A stretch of 56,737 nucleotides of DNA, the filler included, from Basidiobolus ranarum (taxonomy: Eukaryota): assembly GCA_040143965.1 (NCBI GenBank). It is 5 parts of 5 records of this genome, joined end to end, with 100 filler letters (N's around TTAATTAATTAA, not from the genome) between each part and the next. Parts side by side here need not be neighbours in the genome. Positions count along the whole stretch, not along the records: positions 1 to 11,323 come from JASJQH010007499.1; 4 more parts are not named here. One strand, given 5' to 3'. Shown here piece by piece: positions 1 to 11,073 of the stretch. Below the pieces are notes generated by a model. That model was not told the origin of the DNA. It worked only from the letters and a program-made list of their open reading frames with translations, and ran no database searches. Within the stretch, counting starts at the first letter, position 1, and the number at the start of each line of letters is the position of its first letter. The position numbers and the translations under genes are program-made.

Positions 1-252
1 GGCATTCTTGAAGTACTGTTGAAGGAGGTTCTTGATGCCATAGAATGTGAAACGTTCACAAAACTCGTTAGGAATGATGTACCAAACGGCTTTGGGAATC
101 TTGTTAGGGTTATCAATGAGTTTCTGGTCAAGTTTAGCGTTGAGTTCACGCTCCAGGCGTAGGAGTTCCTTTTCGCGTTCAGTGAGCTGATCCTCATCGG
201 CAGCACCGATTTCCATCTGTTGGAGTTCGTGGATATCCTTTTCGGTGGCCAT
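1..252 (-). CDS. POT/PTR2-family peptide transporter, 5' part (runs off the contig start)
   Basis: Manual translation from ATG at 252: MATEKDIHELQQMEIGAADEDQLTEREKELLRLERELNAKLDQKLIDNPNKIPKAVWYIIPNEFCERFTFYGIKNLLQQYFKNA. It has the ExxERF motif and closely matches the N-terminus of 7295..8950. TATATAAA lies about 50 bp upstream. Confidence 0.93.
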   Translation of the reverse strand, partial: MATEKDIHELQQMEIGAADEDQLTEREKELLRLERELNAKLDQKLIDNPNKIPKAVWYIIPNEFCERFTFYGIKNLLQQYFKNA

Positions 253-1105
253 AGTGAAGCGGAAGAGATATTGTCTATTTTGAATCAGAGATGCGACGCG
301 CTTTATATATCTTTTTACCTCGGATAATTACCTTTTTTCGCAATAGCTCTCCACTTTAATTAGAATCCTATCATCACATTTGCTTCTCTGACTTATAATC
401 GTACCAATCAATGGAAGTTCAAGTATTTGTCTTATCAAACTTTATTTCGAACTAAAAAGAGTTAAATCATATCTCCTAGGTCATATGATTACTGAGAAAC
501 AGTCAAAGACCTAGTTCTCGCCAATCATCTCTTAGAAATCCCGTAAATATTCACAGGAGCTCCAATATGGAATCGGCGGTAGTTTCAAGTCAAGTGAGTA
601 ACGCATCCCTGTTCAGTAATTTCATCTGAACATGTTTCCATTAGAAATCGTATAGATGTGATTAATCTCATTCTACTCAAAATAGCAGACAGGAAATAGA
701 AGACCTCCTGATGATCGGAGACTGGCTCTTGTGGCTTCACCACAGTTAAATACCATATAATCGATCTTCGTATTATGACGACATTACAATAAATAAATTA
801 CCATGGTTATCTACAGTGTAGTAATAAACCACTGCTCAATATTTGCACACGTTGATCGTCACTTCGAGTTCGCAATCGTATAACCCGAAGAGCATTCAGT
901 TTATACAGGTAATAGAACTCCGGTTCCACAAAAATACAAGTAAAGAAAGCTCATATGAATGTTCATAGTCATTATATCGATTTAATTTATATTATATCAA
1001 CTTTATTTACGTTGTATCGACTTGATGTTTTCCGTATTTTCTCACGAGAATTGCTGTTGTATTACGATGAAACAAAATATGATGAACTGGGATATACACG
1101 GAGAC

Positions 1106-1644
1106 TTAATATTGCTCTTTCTTTTCTATCACAGCTGCCTGTAGCTCAGCATCTAGGTCCTCCTTATAAGTATACTTGGTGGCCAAGAAGCAGAACACAG
1201 CGTTGGCGACAAGACCAATACCACAGTAGAGGAAGTATTTGACAGAATGATGAAGAAGTTGGCTCCATTTGACGACCAACTTGTGTATAGGTGAATTGAA
1301 GACCGGTAGGTGAGAGTATGTCTTCACCCAATGAGAGGAGGGCCCATTGAGGCAATTGCCAGGCGCCATGGAGGCAGTTGGGACATGCGATCACTTTTCC
1401 ATCAGCATCGGAGACTGGATCGTAATTCGATTTCACGACATATTGAAGACCACCAGACACACCAAACGACAGGATAACAAGGCTTTGCGAATCTTGTTAG
1501 GGTTGTCAATGAGTGCTGGTCAAGTTTAGCATTGAGTTCACGTTCCAAGCGTAAGAGTTCCTTTTCACGTTCAGTGAGTTGATCCTTATCGGCGGCACCG
1601 ATTTCCATCTGTTGGAGTTCGTGAACATCCTTTTCGGTGGCCAT
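1106..1644 (-). pseudogene. Internally deleted, frameshifted POT/PTR2 transporter pseudogene
   Basis: Three frames carry collinear POT pieces: N-terminus MATEKDVHELQQ...NAKLDQ, then SGGLQY...CPNCLHGAWQLPQWALLSLGE...QVGRQ, then C-terminus KYFLYCGIGLVANAVFCFLATKYTYKED. About 1.1 kb is missing relative to the intact paralogs. Confidence 0.9.
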
Positions 1645-2705
1645 AGGGAAGGCGTGGAGATTTTGTCTACCTAAAGCTTGACGATAAACTCTTTTTTTTT
1701 ATTACTCCAAACTGTCAAGCCTATTGATCCCAAGAATCCACAACTCCAAACAGTAAATATTATGTTCAAATCATTCATTGAAGATGGATTAGAATTGTAG
1801 TCTCACCAATGTCCGGTTTTTGAGTTTTTATCTAATCTGTTGTAACACGTTGAACATTTTTGTTCCAAAAAGAGTTTAATTATTTTGGCATTGAAAATAA
1901 AGAACAGGATGAATTCAATCTTTCGTTGGAACCCATATTAAGAATTAGAGTTGGTATCAAGTCAAGTTCAGTTGTTCTATTTGTATAGAAAGCCTTCTTA
2001 TTGACACGCGGCTTCCTAATGGAGCCAATTGAACGCGCTATGGAAACTTCTACGGACCTTGGCATCAAATATACTACCATATTCATTGCATTTCAATAAC
2101 TCAAAAATCAATTACATATGAATCAATATTAAATGACTCACATTTATATATGATCCGTAGCTAATCAAGCCAAGTAAAATGATTGTGGAAATCTCAGTCA
2201 ATCCTCGAAAATACTCTCTGCTTATTTCTTACATTCTATATATATATGAGAGTTTAGTTCTTCCTTGTGACTACACTACAGCTTCTGGTAACTCAGCAAT
2301 TCTATGTTACTTATACATGATCTTGATCACGAAAATCAATGATCCCATCGATTTGATAGCCACAACTATCAAATTCCTTAGGCATGATGGGCAGCCAAGC
2401 CTAGAAATACACTAGCGCTCATAACTGATTCACTTTTTTTGCATGCATTTTTCAAATGACAATATCAAGCTAATACATGAGATGAATCTAGAGATATTAG
2501 CATTTAAAAAAAGTGAAGCCATTATGGGCGCTGGTATATAGATAGTCATTAAATATAAAAGGCTGCATGTGCTTCCTAATTGTGCCAACCATTAGTCAGA
2601 CTTTGTTTTGGGTTGAAGGTATACTTTGTCCATTCACAAGAATTTAAATTCGGGTTAGATCCTTTGCGCAATTTCCCAACAACTCTCAGATTGAGCAGTA
2701 ATGTC

Positions 2706-3053
2706 TGTGGAAATTAGCATTGCCTAAACACCTATATAGTCATACATAGCTTAATATTTAGTTATCGTATATTGAACTAAGATATTACCCATTATTCTCA
2801 TGAGGAATTTACTTGGAATATTGTCACCAACTTAGAAGTTCCCAGATATATATATATTTTAAGCTTGTGCTAGAAGCCCCAAACTTTGCACACAAGTTTC
2901 TGGGGTCTTTCTTAGCACATTCTACACGTTAGTTTGTTTACATCTTGACAAAAGTATAAATGTCAACTTTCAACCCAATAAATCAATAAGTGAAAACCAC
3001 CAATTTCTCTAATTCTCCAAACTACTTCCAACAGGCTCCCAAATACTTTAACA
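2706..3053 (+). mobile_element. Solo LTR of a Ty1/copia family, 348 bp, with 5-bp target-site duplication ATGTC
   Basis: Begins TGT (2706) and ends TTTAACA (3053). ATGTC flanks it at 2701-2705 and 3054-3058. About 2915-3053 is the reverse complement of the LTR at 35009-35150 beside the copia gag. Confidence 0.88.
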
Positions 3054-3763
3054 ATGTCAAGTTAAGTCAATCTGGATTGTTATTCATACAGTAAGCTCTT
3101 GTTAACACTTATTGCATGACAACTATGTTAGCTATATTTCTTCTAGCTTATTATCCACCACCATCAATAGGCATACTATTGAATTCTCAATGGAATTTTA
3201 CATTCTTGTCACAAAAGCAAGTTGAATATCTATCGTTGTATGAGATTCCGGTTAAGTACTTAAGCGTAGATATGCCATCTGGTCATATTTTTCCATAGTG
3301 TGATATATTACTAGATTCTGTGGTAAGTCTCTGAATATTATATAGAAATCAATTGGGTGAGCTGTCAAGTAGATGCTCCCTTAGGAACATTTGAGAGGTT
3401 TGCTATCCTTTTTAGAGCTTCCGTATACCTTTCTAGACTTATTATGATACTATATTTAAAGTTCTGGCAAAATCCTATTACTATAAACCATAGAGATCTT
3501 TTACTCATTGGGTTAGCAATGCTTTCAACATCTCTCAAACCCTGTGCGAATTTCATCTAGTCATACTTAAAAAAACAATGCATACATAGAGAACCAATTT
3601 GCCTTGACAAAAATAAAATTATAATAGTATTCTGAGAATATTCCTCTAATTGTGATTTTAGTAGTATTTAATTTAATGACTTTGGGTGTGAGTCAATATG
3701 AACAGCATCTCTAGTACTAGAATGATTTAGAAATGAGGATTTAACTACAATATATATAAATAT

Positions 3764-5410
3764 TTAGTGTTGCTCCTTCCTCTCAATAGCAGCTGCTAGT
3801 GTCTCCGCATCTCTGTCTTCCTTGTAGGTATATTTGGTGGCCAAGAAACAGAATACAATGTTGGCTGCAAGACCAATGCCACAATAAAAGATATATTTGG
3901 AGGTACCTTGTAATGATTCATCTACCCAAGCATTGTTAATTGCTACTCTTATCAAATTATCTAGTGAAACTAGGATCATCCAAAATGCGGACGAGGTTGA
4001 TTTCATCTGAGGCCCAACTTGAGTATAAGCGAACTGGAGACCGGAGGGAGCAACCATGGCCTCGCCCAAAGCTAGAAGAATCCATTGAGGCAACTGCCAG
4101 GCACCGTGGAGGCAATTGGGACATTCTCTCTCTCTACCATAATTACCTGACAATTGTTCGTGTTTCAATATCACCATATGTTGTAGGCCGTAAGACAAAG
4201 ATAAAGAAAGAATAATCAGGGAGAAGCCAACGGCCATACGACGGAGGAGATAGAAGCGAATGCCACGTCTCTCAAGGTATGGATAGAGAAGCTTGGTGCA
4301 GATGGGCACAAAAATTATAGGCAAGATAATGCTGAAGATGAAGGATTGTTCGGTGGCGATCACAATTGAGCCCCAGGACTTATTCATCATATCATACTGT
4401 TGTATCTGCGTCCAAACTTGTTGATGATAGATCACCCTAAAAAATGTGATTGGCAACATCATTCCAAGTACTTTGCCTAACATACGAATCTCCTCAATAA
4501 AGAGAGGTCCAACCTGCTCTTCAGCAAAGTTGAGCCAGTTACCACGACGTCGACGTTCATTGGAGGTGGCTGATTTGTATTTCTTGACTGCGTAGACAAT
4601 ACCTTTGAGGGCTTTCCAAGGCAAAAACTCACCAATAGCTGGTACAACACGGTAATGCTTGAAACCCACGATGAAGACAATTAAAGCAACTCCCAATGGT
4701 ATCGCTGGAATCGTAAATGAGGCAAAATAACACTCTGCTCCCCAGCATACCAAATTCGCATTCAACAACGGCATAAATTGTGCTAATAAAGCACCGATAT
4801 TGACTGTCAAGTACACAAGAGCAAAGTACCAATCTAACGCTGCAGTTTGATGTGGAAGATATTGATCACCACCATGGGAGTATAGGGTGGGCTGGGTACC
4901 ACTTGTGCCGAAAGCAACCAGAACTAAGGGGAGCATGATTGTCCATACGGGATAGCTACCATACTGTGCTACCAATCCATCGATGGAGAAGACAGCCATG
5001 AGGATGATTCCAATGAAGTAGATAATGGAGAAGTAGACGATGCTATGATACCTCGTCAGCCATGAGTCAGATATGATAGCACCTAATAATGGAAATAGAT
5101 AGTTCATTGTGTTGAAGTTCTTTAACTGCGCCTTAGTCTGCTCAAAATCAAGACCGAATGCTTTCACAAGGTACGTGAAAAGGAAACTATAGATTACTTG
5201 ACTTGCGAAGTTACCACAAACCATTGTAGGAATAATATACCAAATTGCTTTAGGAGTTTTTGTGAGATTATCAATGGGTTTCTGACCAAGATTGACGTTG
5301 AGTTCCTGCTCCAAACACAGGGGCTCATTTTCACGTTCAATTAAGTAACTTTCATTGGCAGCACCGATTTCCATCTGTTTGTATTTGTTAATATCCATTT
5401 GGGTTGCCAT
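3764..5410 (-). CDS. Divergent POT/PTR2-family transporter (ExxER motif and TM4 Lys lost)
   Basis: 548-aa intronless ORF with multiple TM segments, collinear with 7295..8950 (GAIISDSWL, SHGGDQYLPHQT, CPNCLHGAWQLPQW). TM1 reads PTMVCGNFASQ instead of PNEFGERFTFY. Confidence 0.93.
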   Translation of the reverse strand: MATQMDINKYKQMEIGAANESYLIERENEPLCLEQELNVNLGQKPIDNLTKTPKAIWYIIPTMVCGNFASQVIYSFLFTYLVKAFGLDFEQTKAQLKNFNTMNYLFPLLGAIISDSWLTRYHSIVYFSIIYFIGIILMAVFSIDGLVAQYGSYPVWTIMLPLVLVAFGTSGTQPTLYSHGGDQYLPHQTAALDWYFALVYLTVNIGALLAQFMPLLNANLVCWGAECYFASFTIPAIPLGVALIVFIVGFKHYRVVPAIGEFLPWKALKGIVYAVKKYKSATSNERRRRGNWLNFAEEQVGPLFIEEIRMLGKVLGMMLPITFFRVIYHQQVWTQIQQYDMMNKSWGSIVIATEQSFIFSIILPIIFVPICTKLLYPYLERRGIRFYLLRRMAVGFSLIILSLSLSYGLQHMVILKHEQLSGNYGRERECPNCLHGAWQLPQWILLALGEAMVAPSGLQFAYTQVGPQMKSTSSAFWMILVSLDNLIRVAINNAWVDESLQGTSKYIFYCGIGLAANIVFCFLATKYTYKEDRDAETLAAAIERKEQH

Positions 5411-5738
5411 GATGAAGTAGAAGCGATTATGCCTAACTCAAGCTGCCTGGCTCATTCATTAAGTATCTTTTCTCATCCGACAATAGAATCGTTTGAGCAC
5501 TATAACTAGCCCAAACAAACTGGATACAGTAAGTTTATGACACAGTAATGCATATGGAAGGTTACATTTTTATCTTGGCACCATGGCAACCATCCAGTTT
5601 TTGAATCAGAGATTCTTCCTTGGTACGACGATGAAACAAACCTTGTTTTGAGGAACAAGGTTATTGAATTGCAATTCTCATCAATCGCTTCTAGGAGATC
5701 TATCCACATGAATTCAAAATATGCAATATTTAGGCGAG

Positions 5739-6361
5739 TGCTCAATTCTGTATTCTTTAGAATGTTTTTTAATTAAAAAAATGGCACAGATAAATCTGGG
5801 CCATGTCGATTAGAGATCATGGTTGGCCCTATAATGATAAGTTATTTGGCAAGTTGAAAGAGCACCATTAGAACATCTCGCCTTTACTGTCACCTGAATA
5901 TACTCGTATGCAGAATCTTATGAATCCATCTCAAACCATATCATGAAACCTTTTCTTTCTCTGCTCTACAGTTAGACATCCATACCGTAAGACTGGTGAC
6001 ATTGGTGAGATCTCAGTGATTTGGGATGATAAAATTGTCTATCTTACTCCCGGTGAAAATATTTTGTAAGGGTGGAGGCATCTTAACACCTTTATTTACA
6101 ATAATTAGTTAAGTTATTTTGACCTATGTCAAGTAAATTAAATCGCATTTGGTAAAATGGTTTTAACGTGGGTATAAAATATTGTCATGCTCAATTCTGT
6201 ATTCTTTAGAACGTCTTCTGATTGAAAGAATGGCATCAAGTCTCGGAGCAATGTTTTACTAGAGCAACATAATATTGGGAATATGGATAATTGTCAACCC
6301 TATAATGATAAACTATATGGTAAATTGAAAGAACCGTGTTAGTATACTTCACTTTTACTGT
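5739..6361 (+). repeat. Imperfect direct repeat pair, about 150-170 bp (5739-5890 and 6188-6361)
   Basis: Both copies start TGCTCAATTCTGTATTCTTTAGAA, share CCCTATAATGATAA and TTGAAAGA, and end TTTACTGT. Confidence 0.8.
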
Positions 6362-6774
6362 TCGCAATTCCTCAAGTTAACTGGGTTTATCTTGTAATAT
6401 GAATATTACGAAACAACGAAACAACGAATCTAACCGAGTCTATTACATAGCTACAATCAATAAATTCCGTAGCGAAATCGAGAATATCCTGAATTCATTT
6501 GAGGTAATTTCATGAAAGCGATTGAGATATTTGATCTCTGATATTTCAATATAGTATGATACAGTCAAGGGCATAAATCATAATGACCATATAGTGCAAC
6601 CAAAGCATTAATCAATCATTAAGATAACCCCAATATAGTAGATGGAGTGTGTTACTTCGTCAGACATATGATAGTGCCCAACAACGTGAAGAAATGGACT
6701 GTGATTTTGAAGGTATAATGCATGTAAACCTGCAATCTGGGGTATTTGGTAAGGTCAAAGAATTCTAGATAACC

Positions 6775-6895
6775 TAAGCGTTGAGTTCACGTACCAAGTG
6801 CACAAGCTCTTTGACGTGCTCAGCCACACAGTCCTCATTGGCGATGTGAATATCTATCTGTTGTCATTTGTAAGTACCCTTAAGGTGGCATAGTG
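6775..6895 (-). pseudogene. Eroded remnant of a POT transporter 5' end
   Basis: AGCGTTGAGTTCACG...TCCTCATTGGC...ATCTGTTG...GGTGGCATAGTG aligns by eye with 136-256 (start region of the intact gene), with many substitutions and indels. Confidence 0.65.
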
Positions 6896-7294
6896 GAATC
6901 AATGATAAGTATGATTTTATATCAGAAAACACTTGGAAATCTACTTGCAGTTGTATCATTTGAAAGGTTATAGACGGATTTAGGTTGCTAAAAGTACGAT
7001 CAGACTCGCGCATTAATCTAGTTGTTTAGCTGGATGAATAGATCGTGTGGGAAACTTGAATATCTCATGAGATAAAATCAAAAAATATCGAAATCACGAT
7101 TAAATACAGAAATAGCAGAAAGGAAGCAACATGTAAGTTACGTTTACAATTATTTATTGACTGGCTGTTAGTAGACCATTGACCAAGTTATATAGTTGTC
7201 CAATCTTGAACAATAAATTTACAGTAATCTTGTGTGAAGTGGGTTATGTCGGGTTTGGGTTTTTTGGTCGAATATTACTAAAGTACTGCTTCCA

Positions 7295-8950
7295 TTAACT
7301 CTTTTCGGATTTCTTCGATACTTGCGATTGAATTTGAGTATCTCTATCTTCTTTGTATGTGTATTTGGTGGCCAAGAAACAGAAAATTCCGTTGGCAACA
7401 AGCCCAAGAGCGCAATAGAAGAAATATTTGGGAGGTCCTTGTAGGGAAGTACTCTTCAGTGCCTCTTCAACTGCAGTTACAACCAGATTACCAAGAGAAA
7501 CACAAAGCAGCCAGAAAGAGGATGAAATAGACTTCATCTGCCGACCAACTTGAGTGTAAGTGAATTGGAGACCAGATGGTACCAGCATGGCTTCTCCGAG
7601 TGACAGAAGAGCCCATTGAGGTAATTGCCAGGCTCCATGAAGACAATTAGGGCATGTGATAACTTGCTTGCCATCAGCGGAGTATTTCCCATCGAAATTG
7701 GACTCAACAGCATACTGGAGGCCGCCAGAAGCGGCAAATGAAATGATTGTAAAGAGGAATCCTACAGCCATACGACGGAGAAGGGTACAGCGGATATCAC
7801 GTCTCTCGAAGAATGGATATATAAACTTATTGCAGATAGGTACAAAGATCACAACAAATAAAGTGTTAAAGAGGGCCGATTGTTCGGTTGAAAGTTCTCC
7901 AGAACCCCAATACTTATTCATTTTTTCATATTGCTCTTGCCATTCAGTACTCTGTTGTTCCCAGATCATCCAGAAGAAAAGAATTGGGACAATCATACCA
8001 CACACTTTACCAAGCAGGCGAATCTCATCAACGAAGAGTGGTCCTACTACCTCGTCGGCAAAGTTTAACCAGTTGCCACGACGCTGACGCTCTTCGATGG
8101 TAGCTAAAGAATAATGCCTGACTGCATAGATTGTGCCTTTGAGTGCCTTCCAAGGAAGGAATTCTCCGGTAGCTGGAACGATGCGATAGTATCTGAAACC
8201 GAAGATGAAAATGCAAAGTGCAATTCCAAATACTCCTGCTGGAAGAATGAAAGCACCAAAGTAACATGCGCTACCGAAGCAAACAACATCTGCCTTAATG
8301 GCTGGGGTGATGAACTGACCAAGGAGAGCACCACCGTTGATGGCAATATAGAAAATGGCAAAGAACCAATCCAAAGCCTTGGTTTGATGAGGAAGATACT
8401 GGTCACCACCATGAGATGATACACATGGTTTGATACCACCAGTACCAAGTGCAACCAGTGCCAATGGAACCATGGATGCCCATAATGGATAACTACCAAA
8501 ATCAGCAACTAATCCGTTGATAGACAACACAGCCAAAAGAATAGTACCGAGGAAGTATACGATAGAAAGGTAAACGATTGTATGGTATTTACCTAACCAA
8601 GAGTCAGAGACAGCAGCACCGATAAGGGGAGAAAAATAAGCCAACATATTAAAGGTGTGTGTTTGTACCTTTGCATCAATAGACTCGAGGCCTACAGCAG
8701 TCTTGAAATATTGTTGAAGAAGATTCTTGATGCCGTAGAAGGTGAAACGTTCACCGAATTCGTTAGGGATAATAAACCAAACAGCCTTGGGAATCTTATT
8801 GGGATTGTCATGGAGTTCTTGATCGAGTTTTGCGTTCAACTCGCGCTCCAGGCGGAGAAGTTCTTTCTCACGTTCAGTGAGTTGCTCTTCACCAGCCACG
8901 CCAAGTTCCATCTGTTGAAGCTCGTGAATGTCCTTCTGGTTTGCTGTCAT
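7295..8950 (-). CDS. PTR2: POT/PTR2-family proton-dependent di/tripeptide transporter
   Basis: 551-aa intronless ORF with NEFGERFTFYG (ExxERFxxY), GAAVSDSWLGKY, LGTGGIKPCVSSHGGDQ (PTR2 signature), FAIFYIAINGGAL and LGEAML. Confidence 0.96.
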   Translation of the reverse strand: MTANQKDIHELQQMELGVAGEEQLTEREKELLRLERELNAKLDQELHDNPNKIPKAVWFIIPNEFGERFTFYGIKNLLQQYFKTAVGLESIDAKVQTHTFNMLAYFSPLIGAAVSDSWLGKYHTIVYLSIVYFLGTILLAVLSINGLVADFGSYPLWASMVPLALVALGTGGIKPCVSSHGGDQYLPHQTKALDWFFAIFYIAINGGALLGQFITPAIKADVVCFGSACYFGAFILPAGVFGIALCIFIFGFRYYRIVPATGEFLPWKALKGTIYAVRHYSLATIEERQRRGNWLNFADEVVGPLFVDEIRLLGKVCGMIVPILFFWMIWEQQSTEWQEQYEKMNKYWGSGELSTEQSALFNTLFVVIFVPICNKFIYPFFERRDIRCTLLRRMAVGFLFTIISFAASGGLQYAVESNFDGKYSADGKQVITCPNCLHGAWQLPQWALLSLGEAMLVPSGLQFTYTQVGRQMKSISSSFWLLCVSLGNLVVTAVEEALKSTSLQGPPKYFFYCALGLVANGIFCFLATKYTYKEDRDTQIQSQVSKKSEKS

Positions 8951-10380
8951 AGTATTCTGAGCTTATGGTTGTGACTTATGCATCATGCGTTGCTTTCTCT
9001 TATATAGTATCCAGTAGGGAATCTTGAAGACTCTAATTCGCCCAGGCAGATAATATATTTATTATTTACTACTCATATTCAGGTGAACTTTCAGAGAATA
9101 TTGCACTACAGTTTTGCAATGTCTTGGGAACCTAGTTTTGCGGGATCAGATTTAAGCGGTTGTAACATGATAGCGTACGAACGAGATTCAGTTTATCTAA
9201 TTGATGGAGGATGAACTAAATCATAGTGATATGATCAAAACCAAAGCTTTAGTCATGTGGGAGTTTTCCAGTACGGTGTAAAGTTACCTAACAAAGATAC
9301 AAATATGGAATTTTGTGCATTAAGTGTACAGGTGACGAAAAGATATGAGAATCATTCCAAACTCTTAGTTATTGAAGAAATTAGAGAGAAAAATGATCGT
9401 TATTGGTATCTCTTGAGTTGAGAGTAAAAATAAATTAAACGACGAGCAGCCACCCCAAATATCTTTGTTCTCCCATTTTTACTCAACTTTCTCGTAAACA
9501 CTTGGATAAGTCAATGAAGAGTCAATTTCGCATGCAAATCCGTAAACTCTGTCAAAACTCTCACATTGCGCTCATGATAAAGTGGTCTATACTTGGTTTG
9601 AAGATGGCAACGTAGTCGTGGTAATATCCTAAACCAATTCAAAGTATTGAATCATAATGCCTGACATCCATTGGTTTAGTTCTAGTCAATCTTGATTTCA
9701 ATGAAACTACCATCATCAAGCTATAAATTATTATTTTCTATTTAGAGATTTTCATGAGAAGAAAATTATGACTCAGTTCGTGCATGTGTATTTTTGATCG
9801 GTGTAACCATAGGTCATCAATTATGAGAATCAGGAGTATTGCATTCTCATCCTTTCGTAAGCAAGCAACACATTCACGTAAACCGAGCAATTCTGACAGT
9901 ATACGTTGTTTAAGGTTTAGATATGAAAGAGTTATATATACAGCTCCATTCACACACGAAATAGCTCCAAGTAAGCTCACGTAAAAGAAAGATTATTGTA
10001 ACTTCGAGATTTAGCACACTCAGTTATATTGTTAAAACATTAGTGCAATGTGTTAACACTACATCTACATCGTTCCCGGCCAGCATCAGATGAGTCATTC
10101 TGCTTTTCCGCTGAAGGATTGTCAATAGCTTTAATCCTGTACTCATAAGGTTAAGAAGTTTGAGTTGGCTTCTTTGCTCTTCAGTACTTAGTGTTAGACT
10201 AATCCCATGCCTCTCCAGTTATGGACAGAGGAGCTTAGTAAAGATAGAGATTGATGTGCAATAAACCTCGCTAATCATCTTGTTCTTGCCACTCGATACT
10301 TTGCTGATTATAAATCCTTTCCGCGCTTTGCTAATCCTAGGTCATCCAAAAGAACATAATGAGCAAAATCATTCAAAGTA

Positions 10381-10720
10381 CTCTGCCAAACATACGAATC
10401 TCCTTAGTAAAGAGAGGATCATTCTGTTCTTTAGTAAAGTTGGGCCCTTTACCATAACGTTGTCCTCATTTAACTACGGTCACACAAAATCAAAGTAATT
10501 TCAAGAAAGATTACAAGAGGTGTAAACAAATAACACTATATTGCCCTTTATCCCTCGTTGTAATGGATTTTGAAAACAGAAGAAGTACCGATTGAGATGT
10601 AGAATACAGTAAAGAATCTATCCAACCCCTTGGTCTGATATGAGATATACTGATCACCTCTATCATATTGTGCAACCTATCCATTAATGGAAAAAACAGT
10701 CATGATTCTCATGAAGTAGG
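10381..10720 (-). pseudogene. Eroded remnant of the central part of a POT transporter gene
   Basis: CATACGAATCTCC...AAAGAGAGG...AAAGTTG matches 4481-4535. ATCCAA...CCTTGGTCTGAT...ATACTGATCACC matches the GGDQYLPHQT region at about 8368-8408. No intact ORF. Confidence 0.65.
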
Positions 10721-11073
10721 CAAACATCCGACAATCTTGTTTGAACAGAATGATAGATAACAATATTTCACTTCAATCCTCTACTCCACAGGTTAAACCT
10801 ACCATGTCTAACCGGAATTCTACAAGTATAAAATCTGCAATAATAAAAACTATCCCTAGAAATGTTTCGTTATTTTTAGGAGACTGATAAATAAGCAAAA
10901 GCTAAGGATAGCATATATATATATATATAAAGTATTAGTCTAGATTTGTTTTTAATATCAACAAGATGAAAATATTTTATACTTGGATAATAACATTATG
11001 CAACGGAAAATACCTAGAATGTATAGAGTGTAACACTGCCCTTTGTTCTCGAAGAAAGAATATATACGAGGCA

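Noticed and set aside
3365-3556. 63-aa ORF with faint resemblance (LWFIVIGFCQNF) to POT TM1
   Set aside because: Similarity is too short and I see no DNA-level match to the paralogs.
7534-8974. Several overlapping ORFs within the POT gene (similar cases in the HGSNAT-like, helicase and CaMK genes)
   Set aside because: Alternative-frame or antisense shadows of well-supported genes with no independent motifs.
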